DNA of 33,044 nucleotides from Burkholderiaceae bacterium. GTDB lineage: Bacteria; Pseudomonadota; Gammaproteobacteria; Burkholderiales; Burkholderiaceae_D. The position numbers were made by a program, and so were the translations under genes. Numbering within the stretch: position 1 is the first letter of the stretch; each line of letters begins with the position of its first letter. The notes under the pieces are model-generated. The model ran no database searches. It saw nothing but the letters and a program-made list of their open reading frames with translations, and had not been told where the DNA came from. Location of the stretch: positions 2,341 through 35,384 of the forward strand of contig JAULVH010000212.1 of assembly GCA_032111105.1 (NCBI GenBank), given 5' to 3'. Below are positions 1 to 8,789 of this stretch, in pieces.

Positions 1-592
1 CGAGTGTTTTAACACCCCAGTCACGCACTTCATCAAAAAACACATTAAATGCAGGCTCATCAAATTGCACGATGTCGATGCCTGCAGCGGCTAACTCGAG
101 CGCTTCTTGATTCAGAATTTCAGCGAATGCCCAGGCTAGTTTTTCACGACTTTTGTAATAGTCATCAAACAGCGTATCGATCATCGTCATCGGACCTGGC
201 AGCGTGAACTTGATCGGACCTTTGGTTAATTTGCGCAGTCGTTTTGCATCCTCAACAAAAACCGATCGTGTGCGTACGACTTTATCCACCACGACCGGAA
301 CTTCAGCGTCATAGCGATTACGAATACGCACGGTTTTTCTATTAACAAAATCAACGCCGCCCAGATGCTCAATAAACGTCGTGACGAAATGCTGGCGCGT
401 TTGTTCGCCATCGCCTATCACCGTGATTCCAGCGCGCAGCTGGTCATCTACCGCCAATCGCATAGCGTCATTTTTTGCTTGGGCCAGCGCTTCACCTTGC
501 AGCTGCCAAGGGGCCCACAGTTTCTCTGGCTCGGCTAGCCAGGCTGGTTTGGGCAGGCTGCCGGAAATGGCTGTTTTTATGCGTTGACTCAT
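1..592 (-). CDS. mesD: Cobalamin-independent core methionine synthase, MesD-like (3' end runs off the window)
   Basis: Not in the ORF track. Hand translation from ATG at 592 (GGAG Shine-Dalgarno upstream): MSQRIKTAISGSLPKPAWLAEPEKLWAPWQLQGE...IGDGEQTRQHFVTTFIEHL...KFTLPGPMTMIDTL...IVQFDEPAFNVF. Open to position 1. Motifs match the short Meth_synt_2-only (MesD) family. Confidence 0.85.
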   Translation of the reverse strand, partial: MSQRIKTAISGSLPKPAWLAEPEKLWAPWQLQGEALAQAKNDAMRLAVDDQLRAGITVIGDGEQTRQHFVTTFIEHLGGVDFVNRKTVRIRNRYDAEVPVVVDKVVRTRSVFVEDAKRLRKLTKGPIKFTLPGPMTMIDTLFDDYYKSREKLAWAFAEILNQEALELAAAGIDIVQFDEPAFNVFFDEVRDWGVKTL

Positions 593-649
593 GATGTCTC
601 CAGAAACTATTTATTTATTAGTGAAATCGTATGCAAGCGAGGAATAAAT

Positions 650-1870
650 TTAACGCACTCGCTGCTTAAGAAAATTTTCCAGGCGTTGAACACCCAGTTC
701 GAGTTTGTCTAATGAGCTGGCAAAGCACCAGCGTATCGCGCCTTCACCTTCCGGACCAAAGGCACTGCCGGGCGCCAAACCTATACCTGCCTCTGCGACC
801 AATTGTTTGCATAGTGCCAGCGAATCGGTTTCGCCGTTTATTTTGAAAAACAAATACATCGCTCCTTGTGGAAATGGCGCGATGACGCCGGCTTCCCGAA
901 AAAAAGGTCGCGAGAGTTGTTCATACAAATAATTGCGTGCTTGGGTGTAGCGTGCAATGGTGCGTGAAATAATTTCTTCACCGCGCTCTATTGCAACGAT
1001 GCCTGCGGTTTGTACAAACCCGGGCGCACAAGAAGTGTTGTACTCAATTAGTTTGCCTAAGTCAGCAATCAGTGATTCTGGCGCTTGTATCCAACCTAAA
1101 CGCCAACCTGTCATTAGCCATGATTTAGAAAAACTGTTGATGGAGATTACGCGCTCATCCGGTTCAGCTAAGTTTAAAAAAGAGGGCGCGCACGCGGGTG
1201 CCCCCAATGGCTGATCGTAAACCAGTCGTTCATACACATCATCGGCGATGAGCCAAATACCGTGCTTGCGACAATGAGCTAATACGATTGCTTGTTGATC
1301 GGGGCTAATAATCCAGCCCGTAGGATTATTAGGCGAATTAAGTAGTAACGCCTTGGTGTCAGATGTTAATGCATCCAATAACTCGTCAAGATCTAATTCC
1401 CAGACAGGATGAGTTGGCTTGGTATTTAATTGCAGCGATACGGTGACAACCTCTGCATTAAGTATCTTGGGTATCTCTACCAGGTTGGGCCACAGTGGCG
1501 TGACGATCACAACACGATCGCCAGGATTAAGCAGCAGTTGCGCGGTCAGCATCAGTCCGGAAACGCCGGATGAAGTCAGCGCAATGGTGCTTGCCTGTGT
1601 GGGTCGGTGCAGACGTGACGAATACGCAGCTATGGTTTCGCGTAATGCAGGCAGGCCAAAATTTTGGGTATAAAACGTCTCGCCCGCATCTAAGGATAGT
1701 TTGGCAGCGTCACGGATGAATTCAGGTGTAACTTCATCAGGCTCGCCAAACCAAAAAGGCAGCACATCGGTGCGACCCATGCCTGCATTTGCAACCTCGC
1801 GTATGCGTGAAGCTCGAAGGCTCTGTATTGTTGCGCGAGATTGGGCAGAAAAAGGGCGAGCGCTATTCAT
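650..1870 (-). CDS. PLP-dependent aminotransferase, class I/II (aspartate aminotransferase-like)
   Basis: 406 aa with NSPNNPTG, ADDVY and SFSKSWLMTGWRLG (PLP lysine) motifs. Confidence 0.92.
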   Translation of the reverse strand: MNSARPFSAQSRATIQSLRASRIREVANAGMGRTDVLPFWFGEPDEVTPEFIRDAAKLSLDAGETFYTQNFGLPALRETIAAYSSRLHRPTQASTIALTSSGVSGLMLTAQLLLNPGDRVVIVTPLWPNLVEIPKILNAEVVTVSLQLNTKPTHPVWELDLDELLDALTSDTKALLLNSPNNPTGWIISPDQQAIVLAHCRKHGIWLIADDVYERLVYDQPLGAPACAPSFLNLAEPDERVISINSFSKSWLMTGWRLGWIQAPESLIADLGKLIEYNTSCAPGFVQTAGIVAIERGEEIISRTIARYTQARNYLYEQLSRPFFREAGVIAPFPQGAMYLFFKINGETDSLALCKQLVAEAGIGLAPGSAFGPEGEGAIRWCFASSLDKLELGVQRLENFLKQRVR

Positions 1871-1900
1871 CGATAAAAAGTGAAACGTTGTTGACGCTAC

Positions 1901-4582
1901 TTAAGCTGATTTTTTTGCGCTAGCTTTTTTCGCTACGGCCTTTTTTGCAGCTACTTTTTTCGCGGGAGCTTTTTTTGCCACCGCTTTTTTTGCAGCTACC
2001 TTTTTTGCCGGGACTTTTTTCGCAGCTGTTTTTTTGGCAGCCGTTGGTGCTGCGTCTGCATCACCATCATCATCGCCAGTTTTGGCTGCCGCAGGTTTGC
2101 CTTTGCGGGGTTCGAATTCAAAGCTCACTTTGCCATCCTTACCTTTGGCCAGATACGCTTTGAATGGCCGACGCGTGCGCTGAGATACAAATCCAGGGAG
2201 CAGATCGGTACGACCATCATTGAGCAACTTGACCATCTGCTCAGGAAGAATTTCTTGCTGAAGTATGATGCGTCCGCTACGGAAATCGCAGGCTTTGGGA
2301 CGGGCAGCTGTTTTTTCGCAAACGTAAGCTAAGCCCATTTCATACACGTTGCTGCCACATTTAGGACACGCGCCCAGCACTGTCTGGCCGGTAAAATCAA
2401 CGGGCTCAGCATTTTCATCATCTTCATTACTCTGGCCAAAATCAAACTCCAGTTTGGAGTTTTGTATTTCTTCATCGCGTGAGATTTTCAGGATGGCTGC
2501 AAACGGCCGTCCCATCTTGGAGCGAAAACCTTGTAATGGTCCTATGGTGCGATTCGTCAGGAGCTCTTCGACTTCAGGTACTTCAAACTGACGCCCGCCC
2601 GGCGTTTTACTCATGGAGAATTCACATTTAGTACAGGCGAAGCGACGGTAGTTTTCTTTAACGACAGAACCGCAATTGGGGCAGGGTGTTTTTAGTGTGG
2701 CGTAGTCACCAGGGATGGTGTCGTTGTCATACTCTTTGGCGCGTTTGACGATGGTTTGCGTCATCTGCGCAATCTCGCGCATGAATTCTTCCCGGCTTAT
2801 GCCGCCGCGCTCCATTTGCGCGAGTTTAAATTCCCACTCGCCTGTTAGTTCAGGTGCAGTCAGTTCGGAAACACCCAGGCCTCGCAGCAGTGTCATCAAC
2901 TGAAATGCTTTGGCCGTAGGTATGAGTTCGCGACCTTCGCGTATTAAATATTTTTCATTTATAAGACCTTCGATGGTGGCCGCGCGTGTTGCTGGTGTGC
3001 CCAGCCCTTTACCCGCCATGGCGCCACGTAGTTCTTCGTCATCGACTAATTTTCCTGCGCCTTCCATTGCCGAGAGCAACGTGGCCTCGGTATAGCGTGC
3101 AGGTGGTTTGGTAACCAGCGCGTTGGCATCAAGCCTGTCAGTCTTAACTTTTTCACCTTTGGCGACAGCCACCAGGGTGCCGGTAGTTTCACCATCTTTA
3201 ACGGTGGGCTCGGTAGCTTCCTTGCCGTACACAGTTAGCCAGCCTGGTGTCGTAAGAATTTTGCCTTCGGTTTTGAATTGATGCCCTGATACTTCAGTGT
3301 ATCGGGTGGTTACCAGGTATTCCGCTGCAGGAAAAAATACCGCCATGAAGCGGCGCGCTACTAAATCGTAGAGCTTTTGTTCTGGTTCAGATAAATTTTT
3401 AGGCGCTTGCGTCGTGGGGATGATAGCGAAGTGATCGCTAATTTTCGTATTGTCGAATATCCGCTTGTTGGGTTTGATCCAGCCGCTATTAAGAATTTGC
3501 GCTGCAAATGGATAGTAATTATTACTTTCGCCTAGCGTATCCATAGTCTGCTTGACGGTATCAATATAGTCTTCAGGCAGATGACGAGAATCGGTACGCG
3601 GATAAGTCAGTACTTTGTGACGCTCGTATAGCGCTTGCGCCAACCCGAGTGTGTTTTTAGCCGAGAAACCAAAGCGTGCGTTGGCCTCACGTTGAAGACT
3701 AGTCAGATCAAATAACGCCGGTGCCATAGACGTGCTGGGCTTGGATTCTTCGCTGACATTGCCTACCTTGTCGCGACAGGCAGCAACGATAGAATCGGCG
3801 GCAGCTTTGCTCCAGAGGCGCTCGGCACGTCGTTCCGGATCGGTTTCTTCTTTCTTAAACTGGGTGTCTAACCAGCGCCCTTCGTAGACGCCGGCAGCGC
3901 AGACGAATTCAGCGCGCACTTCCCAGTAGTCGCGCGAGATGAATTGTTTAATTTTTTCTTCACGCTCGACCACGATCGATAGCGTGGGTGTTTGCACGCG
4001 TCCTACTGTCGTCAAATAAAAGCCGCCTTCTTTAGAATTGAAGGCGGTCATGGCGCGTGTACCGTTAATACCTATTAGCCAGTCAGCTTCGCTGCGGCAG
4101 CGCGCCGCGTCGGCTAAAGGCAGCATTTCACTGTCTTCTCTAAGGTGGGTAAAGGCGTCGCGAATTGCGCCCTGTGTCATGGACTGCAGCCACAGACGTT
4201 TAACGGGCTGTTTGGCTTTTGCGTACTGAACAATCAGCCGGAAAATCAACTCGCCTTCGCGACCCGCGTCACAGGCGTTAATTAGTGCACCTACATCTTT
4301 GCGCTTAATTAATTTGTTAAGCAGCTTTAGGCGTGATTCAGTCTTTTGTATGGGGTTGAGCGCAAAGTACGGCGGAATCATCGGCAAATTGGCAAACGAC
4401 CATTTGCCACGTTTGACGTCGTGTTCTTCTGGGGCGGCGATTTCAACCAGATGGCCGACGGCTGACGAAAGCACGTAGTCGTCAGATTCGAAGTACTCAT
4501 CGTGCTTAGTAAAGCCACCGAGGCTCTTCGCGATGTCGTTCGCGACAGAGGGCTTCTCAGCAATGATGAGTGCTTTGGTCAT
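1901..4582 (-). CDS. topB: DNA topoisomerase III (type IA) with Cys-rich C-terminal modules and Lys/Ala tail
   Basis: IIAEKPSVA Toprim start, ACDAGREGE, VGRVQTPT, LTYPRTDS (catalytic Tyr), GLGTPATRA, CPNCG and CPKCG motifs. Confidence 0.95.
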   Translation of the reverse strand: MTKALIIAEKPSVANDIAKSLGGFTKHDEYFESDDYVLSSAVGHLVEIAAPEEHDVKRGKWSFANLPMIPPYFALNPIQKTESRLKLLNKLIKRKDVGALINACDAGREGELIFRLIVQYAKAKQPVKRLWLQSMTQGAIRDAFTHLREDSEMLPLADAARCRSEADWLIGINGTRAMTAFNSKEGGFYLTTVGRVQTPTLSIVVEREEKIKQFISRDYWEVRAEFVCAAGVYEGRWLDTQFKKEETDPERRAERLWSKAAADSIVAACRDKVGNVSEESKPSTSMAPALFDLTSLQREANARFGFSAKNTLGLAQALYERHKVLTYPRTDSRHLPEDYIDTVKQTMDTLGESNNYYPFAAQILNSGWIKPNKRIFDNTKISDHFAIIPTTQAPKNLSEPEQKLYDLVARRFMAVFFPAAEYLVTTRYTEVSGHQFKTEGKILTTPGWLTVYGKEATEPTVKDGETTGTLVAVAKGEKVKTDRLDANALVTKPPARYTEATLLSAMEGAGKLVDDEELRGAMAGKGLGTPATRAATIEGLINEKYLIREGRELIPTAKAFQLMTLLRGLGVSELTAPELTGEWEFKLAQMERGGISREEFMREIAQMTQTIVKRAKEYDNDTIPGDYATLKTPCPNCGSVVKENYRRFACTKCEFSMSKTPGGRQFEVPEVEELLTNRTIGPLQGFRSKMGRPFAAILKISRDEEIQNSKLEFDFGQSNEDDENAEPVDFTGQTVLGACPKCGSNVYEMGLAYVCEKTAARPKACDFRSGRIILQQEILPEQMVKLLNDGRTDLLPGFVSQRTRRPFKAYLAKGKDGKVSFEFEPRKGKPAAAKTGDDDGDADAAPTAAKKTAAKKVPAKKVAAKKAVAKKAPAKKVAAKKAVAKKASAKKSA
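1907..2041 (-). repeat. Nine imperfect 15-bp tandem units encoding xAKKx pentapeptides (histone H1-like tail of TopB)
   Basis: AAKKT-AAKKV-PAKKV-AAKKA-VAKKA-PAKKV-AAKKA-VAKKA-SAKKS read from the sequence, including a 45-bp higher-order duplication. Confidence 0.9.
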
Positions 4583-4710
4583 GTTTTATCCGGATATAGG
4601 GGCATTAGTGTGGCTTTTACCTGTTTTGGACGATATTGCCCGAAATGCAGGCAGTGCCAGAACTGGGTACTGGGGCTGACGTTTTGATAACGCCAGCGCC
4701 AGTGCGGCCA

Positions 4711-4740
4711 ATGATAAGCGCGTTATCGTCGACTTCGCAA
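4711..4740 (-). promoter_or_regulatory. Candidate sigma70 promoter for topB
   Basis: Minus strand TTGCGA-N18-TATCAT followed by GC-rich TGGCCGC, about 130 nt upstream of the topB ATG. Confidence 0.5.
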
Positions 4741-4796
4741 GCAAGCCTTGGGGAGTTTGCAGCGTTAGCCTGGGGTCGCGGCACAAACTGGCATGG

Positions 4797-4825
4797 CCTT
4801 TCATTGCCAATACCGCAATGAAAGG
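4797..4825. other. 11-bp perfect hairpin downstream of smg (possible terminator or mRNA-stabilising stem)
   Basis: CCTTTCATTGC-caatacc-GCAATGAAAGG; no U tract on either strand. Confidence 0.45.
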
Positions 4826-4895
4826 GCCTAGATTACTCGGTGCAAGGGAAGCGGAGCGATACAGATCAACCGTGCGGCGACGGCTTGTAAGCGCG

Positions 4896-5372
4896 TCAGT
4901 GATAAACGGGAGGGCTGGAATCTTCGTCGTCAAAAAAGAGTTCATCGAACATGAGCCCGTCGGGTTCTTTGCCCTGACTCCAGAGCACCATCAGTACGAT
5001 GACCTTCAACTTGTCCAGTGATATCGGTGATTCATTAACGGCGCAGGCGCGCTCAATAACAATTTCACGTTGCAGCGCATTGATGACGTCGGCTGACTCA
5101 AGAAATTCGACAAAGCCGATAGCTGCTGTACCGAGCATTTCGTATTCACGATCTGCGTAAACTCGAAAACCAAATGAAAATGCGGTCTGTCGAGCTTGCT
5201 GGCTAAATATCTCGTTGGTGGTTTCGGCGAGGTCAGTCAACCACCCGATTGCTCGCGAGATTTCTTCTTCCTCAAAACCTACTGCCGATAATTTCTTGGC
5301 CAGCGCAACCGAGTCTGGACACGCATCTGGTCGGTAATAAGTTTCGTATAAATAGACGAGGACTTCAAACAT
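4896..5372 (-). CDS. smg: Smg / DUF494 family protein
   Basis: [12 protein letters not shown] start at ATG 5372 (ORF-track start 5411 is probably too long), [27 protein letters not shown]; conserved dprA-smg-topoisomerase order. Confidence 0.9.
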   Translation of the reverse strand: MFEVLVYLYETYYRPDACPDSVALAKKLSAVGFEEEEISRAIGWLTDLAETTNEIFSQQARQTAFSFGFRVYADREYEMLGTAAIGFVEFLESADVINALQREIVIERACAVNESPISLDKLKVIVLMVLWSQGKEPDGLMFDELFFDDEDSSPPVYH

Positions 5373-5378
5373 GAACGT

Positions 5379-5407
5379 AATGTAGCTGCATCTGAGCTCA
5401 CGCACAA
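5379..5407 (-). promoter_or_regulatory. Candidate sigma70 promoter giving a leaderless smg mRNA
   Basis: TTGTGC-N17-TACATT-N6-ATG on the minus strand; no Shine-Dalgarno. Confidence 0.5.
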
Positions 5408-5756
5408 GCATGAGAGCAAAAAAACTTCAAGAACTATTTATTAATAGGCAGCTTTTCTAGAAATTTCATCCGCTTTTCGCACATTTGCTCTGAAAGTATT
5501 GATTAAATAAACACGAGATGATTCTTGAATAAAGGTCTATGCAAATTCCTGGTTTTACTTGATCCCGCATCGCACAGCGGTGCTGACGTGTAAAAAAAAT
5601 TCAGAATAAATCAGCATCTTCTTATGATTCTTATATTAACAATGGAATAAATTGACAGCATCGCGCTGCGTTGCGCATGGATGCCATCACAATTTTTCGT
5701 TGACGAAAAAGCAGCGTGTTAATTGTGTAAAAGTTTAATGTGCTTATTTTGTTTTA

Positions 5757-6905
5757 TTAATGAAGCACTTGATACATCCCACCTGGAAGTCTTTCCAGAT
5801 GTCCGCTCAGTTCCAGTTCAAGCAATTGCGCTTGTATGGTAGCCATGGACAGTCCTGTACGAAGAACCAATTCATCAGCATTAACGGGGTCATGCCCTGC
5901 TGCATCGATGAGTTTATGTGAGGCTGTCGATGCACTGGCGGACGTTGCATCTGTATTCGCATCTGTACTTACATCAGTAGCTGATTGCGCAGGTTTACTC
6001 GCCCCATTTGAGTATGGCACATGAATTTCTTCAAGTATGTCTTGTGCAGACTCCACTAATTTTGCGCCCTGCCGTATTAGTTGGTGACATCCTTTTGCCA
6101 GCGGTGAATGTATCGAACCAGGAATAGCAAATACATCGCGTCCTTGTTCGAGCGCGCTGCGTGCCGTAATGAGCGAACCCGATTGCGCTGCGGCTTCTAC
6201 CACTAACACTCCGTGGGACAAGCCACTGATGATGCGATTGCGACGCGGAAAATTAGACGCAATGCCCGGTGTGCCTAAAGGATATTCACTAACCAAGCAT
6301 CCATGCGCTGCGATTTGATGTGCTAATTCGCGGTGTTTGGCAGGATAGACAAGATCGAGACCTGTGCCTGTAACAGCGATCGTTGAGCCATCGTGTGGTG
6401 TGTCGCTTAGTGCGCCCTCATGAGCTGCTGCATCTATGCCTAGCGCCAAACCTGAAACGATAGTTAAACCTGAGCTGCTTAATACCTCGGCAAAGCGGCG
6501 AGCGTTTTGAATTCCCTGAACAGTCGCATTACGACTACCCACGATAGCTATCGATTTTCTTGCCAATAATTCGGTGCGGCCCTTAACGTACAAAACAGGC
6601 GGTGGATCGGTAATCGTCAGTAGCGTGCTGGGGTAGCTGGCATCAGCAAACGTCAGTACGTGATTTCCAGGTTGATCCGCCCATGCCAGCGTAACGTCGA
6701 TCTGTGCGCTGATATGTTCACTCGGTGCCGAACAGAGAGTCAGCGCAAGTTTTTCATGAACGCATTTGTGTAAGGATGAAAATCCGGCAGCAAAAATGTG
6801 TTCTGGCAAGCCAAAATGACTGAGTAGTTCGCGCGCAGTCTGAGGCCCTATGCCTTCAGTTAGCATCAGTCGTAGCCAGTCAGCCAGACCTTCGGACGGC
6901 GTCAT
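5757..6905 (-). CDS. dprA: DNA processing protein DprA (Smf)
   Basis: IAIVGSRNAT, VSGLALGIDAAAHEGAL, NFPRRNRIISGLS, SGSLITA, C-terminal LLELELSG winged helix; ATGA overlap with the LysM gene. Confidence 0.96.
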   Translation of the reverse strand: MTPSEGLADWLRLMLTEGIGPQTARELLSHFGLPEHIFAAGFSSLHKCVHEKLALTLCSAPSEHISAQIDVTLAWADQPGNHVLTFADASYPSTLLTITDPPPVLYVKGRTELLARKSIAIVGSRNATVQGIQNARRFAEVLSSSGLTIVSGLALGIDAAAHEGALSDTPHDGSTIAVTGTGLDLVYPAKHRELAHQIAAHGCLVSEYPLGTPGIASNFPRRNRIISGLSHGVLVVEAAAQSGSLITARSALEQGRDVFAIPGSIHSPLAKGCHQLIRQGAKLVESAQDILEEIHVPYSNGASKPAQSATDVSTDANTDATSASASTASHKLIDAAGHDPVNADELVLRTGLSMATIQAQLLELELSGHLERLPGGMYQVLH

Positions 6906-7960
6906 GGTGCTTCCATTTCGGGTGAGATGATAGCGTCGCCCACGCTGATGGCATCACGTGCTTGCATAATCATGGCGAGTGCGATTTTTTCTTGTACTTT
7001 GTACACCAGTAAAGTTCCTATCGACTGTTTTGCTGGGATAGGCTGATTTGATACAGACTTTTCGTTCGGCCTGATTTTAACGTGTCGCACGATGTTAACT
7101 ACGCTTCCCGGATCCAGGCCATGTAATGAGCCACGATTAACTACCACCATGTCATGCATTCTGGCCCATCGACCCTCATGCAAGATGGCCACTAATTTGC
7201 CATCCGTAATTTTGCCGGGATGAGGGAATATGGCGGAGAGAGTTGTATCGCTCACGGGAACGAGCTTGTCACCTGCGCGCAATTCTCTATACGAGCGAGT
7301 TACTTTAAATCGATGAATGAGCGTACCGCTATTTATAAGGCGAACACGCCCTATATTGAGCCCGGCAACGCCTAAGGGTAGTCGTGTATCCGGATCCGCA
7401 AGTGGGTAATCCGGCCGAAAGACATCAAAGAGTTCGTTGCTATCCAGATTGCCCTGTACTAAAACAACATCCCCTTTGCCGGCGATCACATGATTATTTT
7501 CTATCTCGCTAATAGTGGGCGCGCTGGCCAGGGCATCAGCGCTCACTAGCGGCATTCTGGTCAGCATGGATTGCAGTTTTGCAGACAGCATAGGCAGATG
7601 CGGACCACTAATCTGCGAACTACGTATGGTCGGCATTAGATGGGATGAGGCAGTTTCAGTGGGATTATTAACGCCTAGAGTGAGGGTTCCATCCAGGCGA
7701 TTCAATACGATCAACTGACCCGGATAAATCCAGTGAGGATTGCTAATAAGATTTTGGTTGGGCTTCCAAACGCTAGGCCAGCACCAGGGATTGTTTAAAA
7801 ATAGAGAGGCAATACCCCACAAGGTGTCGCCTGGTTGCACATGATGCACATCGGGTGCGTTGGCCGCCAATTCACAGGTTGTGGCTGACCATGCGGACTG
7901 CATGGGTAAAAAGCCCATTAGTAAAACAGCCAGCTGTACGGCTGTGCTAAACTTTTTCAT
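6902..7960 (-). CDS. LysM peptidoglycan-binding protein (TsaP-like), secreted
   Basis: ATG 7960 after GAGGAG; signal peptide MKKFSTAV...SAWSA; LysM motif HVQPGDTLWGIA...NPHWIYPGQ; usual position between def and dprA. Confidence 0.85.
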   Translation of the reverse strand: MKKFSTAVQLAVLLMGFLPMQSAWSATTCELAANAPDVHHVQPGDTLWGIASLFLNNPWCWPSVWKPNQNLISNPHWIYPGQLIVLNRLDGTLTLGVNNPTETASSHLMPTIRSSQISGPHLPMLSAKLQSMLTRMPLVSADALASAPTISEIENNHVIAGKGDVVLVQGNLDSNELFDVFRPDYPLADPDTRLPLGVAGLNIGRVRLINSGTLIHRFKVTRSYRELRAGDKLVPVSDTTLSAIFPHPGKITDGKLVAILHEGRWARMHDMVVVNRGSLHGLDPGSVVNIVRHVKIRPNEKSVSNQPIPAKQSIGTLLVYKVQEKIALAMIMQARDAISVGDAIISPEMEAP

Positions 7961-8083
7961 CCGTTTCTCCTCTGAGTTATGCAGGTAGGCAGCGCAATAG
8001 CAGTCGATGCGAATTTTGCGCGCACTAGCTGCCACCTCAGAGCTCTAAACCCTTATTTTTTCTCTTTGTTGTACAAAAGCTGT

Positions 8084-8599
8084 ATGGCGCTCTTATCTAT
8101 TCTTCGTTACCCCGATCCTCGCTTGCATAAGCTAGCTAAACCCGTCACTGATTTTGATCAGCGGTTGAAGCAGCTGGTTGCCGACATGGCAGAAACTATG
8201 TACGAGGCTCCGGGTGTAGGGCTAGCGGCTACGCAGGTGGATGTACACGAACAGATCATAGTCATAGACACGTCGGATACACGTGATGAGTTGCGCGTTT
8301 TAATCAATCCCAAGATTGTGTGGGCCAGTGATGATCGCCAGGTATACGAAGAGGGTTGTCTTTCCGTGCCAGGTATTTACGACGGTGTTGAGCGGCCTAC
8401 GCGTGTGCGCGTGCATTCATACAATGTGGATGGCAGCTCGCATGAGTTTGAAGCCGAAGGCTTGCTCGCTGTGTGTGTTCAGCATGAGATGGATCATCTC
8501 AAAGGCACGGTGTTTGTTGAGTACTTGTCTCCTCTAAAGCGTAACCGCATTAAAAGTAAGCTGCTAAAAGAAGAGCGGGAAATGAAAAAAGAACGCTAG
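8084..8599 (+). CDS. def: Peptide deformylase
   Basis: [14 protein letters not shown] start at ATG 8084; [13 protein letters not shown] and QHEMDHL motifs. Confidence 0.97.
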   Translation: MALLSILRYPDPRLHKLAKPVTDFDQRLKQLVADMAETMYEAPGVGLAATQVDVHEQIIVIDTSDTRDELRVLINPKIVWASDDRQVYEEGCLSVPGIYDGVERPTRVRVHSYNVDGSSHEFEAEGLLAVCVQHEMDHLKGTVFVEYLSPLKRNRIKSKLLKEEREMKKER

Positions 8600-8777
8600 G
8601 TAAGCATTAAGTAAATAAAAGAAGTGAGTTTGCAGCGTAATTGAAAAAATCAGCAATGTGGTTTGCCTGGCCCGACGTCACCCTGCTGCGCTGGCGCACC
8701 AAAAATTCTCACTACATCAGCATTTCATGGCCCCGCGTTCTAGCGTTAATCGCTAGGCCAGGCGCCCAGCCCGCACC

Positions 8778-8783
8778 TATAAT
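8778..8783 (+). promoter_or_regulatory. Perfect -10 hexamer 6 nt before the fmt start codon (leaderless candidate)
   Basis: TATAAT-CACCCC-ATG; no Shine-Dalgarno and no convincing -35. Confidence 0.5.
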
Positions 8784-8789
8784 CACCCC

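Noticed and set aside
605-615. AACTATTTATT occurs upstream of mesD and again at about 5432-5442 upstream of smg
   Set aside because: Low-complexity AT-rich 11-mer at different distances from unrelated genes; chance is sufficient.
1907-2041. Periodic 15-bp pattern considered as a CRISPR array or non-coding repeat
   Set aside because: No unique spacers; it is in-frame coding sequence of the TopB tail.
4586-4945. 119-aa minus-strand ORF spanning the smg-topB gap
   Set aside because: Overlaps the smg 3' end, has no recognisable motif, and runs through promoter-like and hairpin elements; probably a chance ORF, though not excluded.
8060-8086. def as a further leaderless gene (TACAAA-N6-ATG, no Shine-Dalgarno)
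   Set aside because: The hexamer lacks the strongly conserved final T, so support is too weak.
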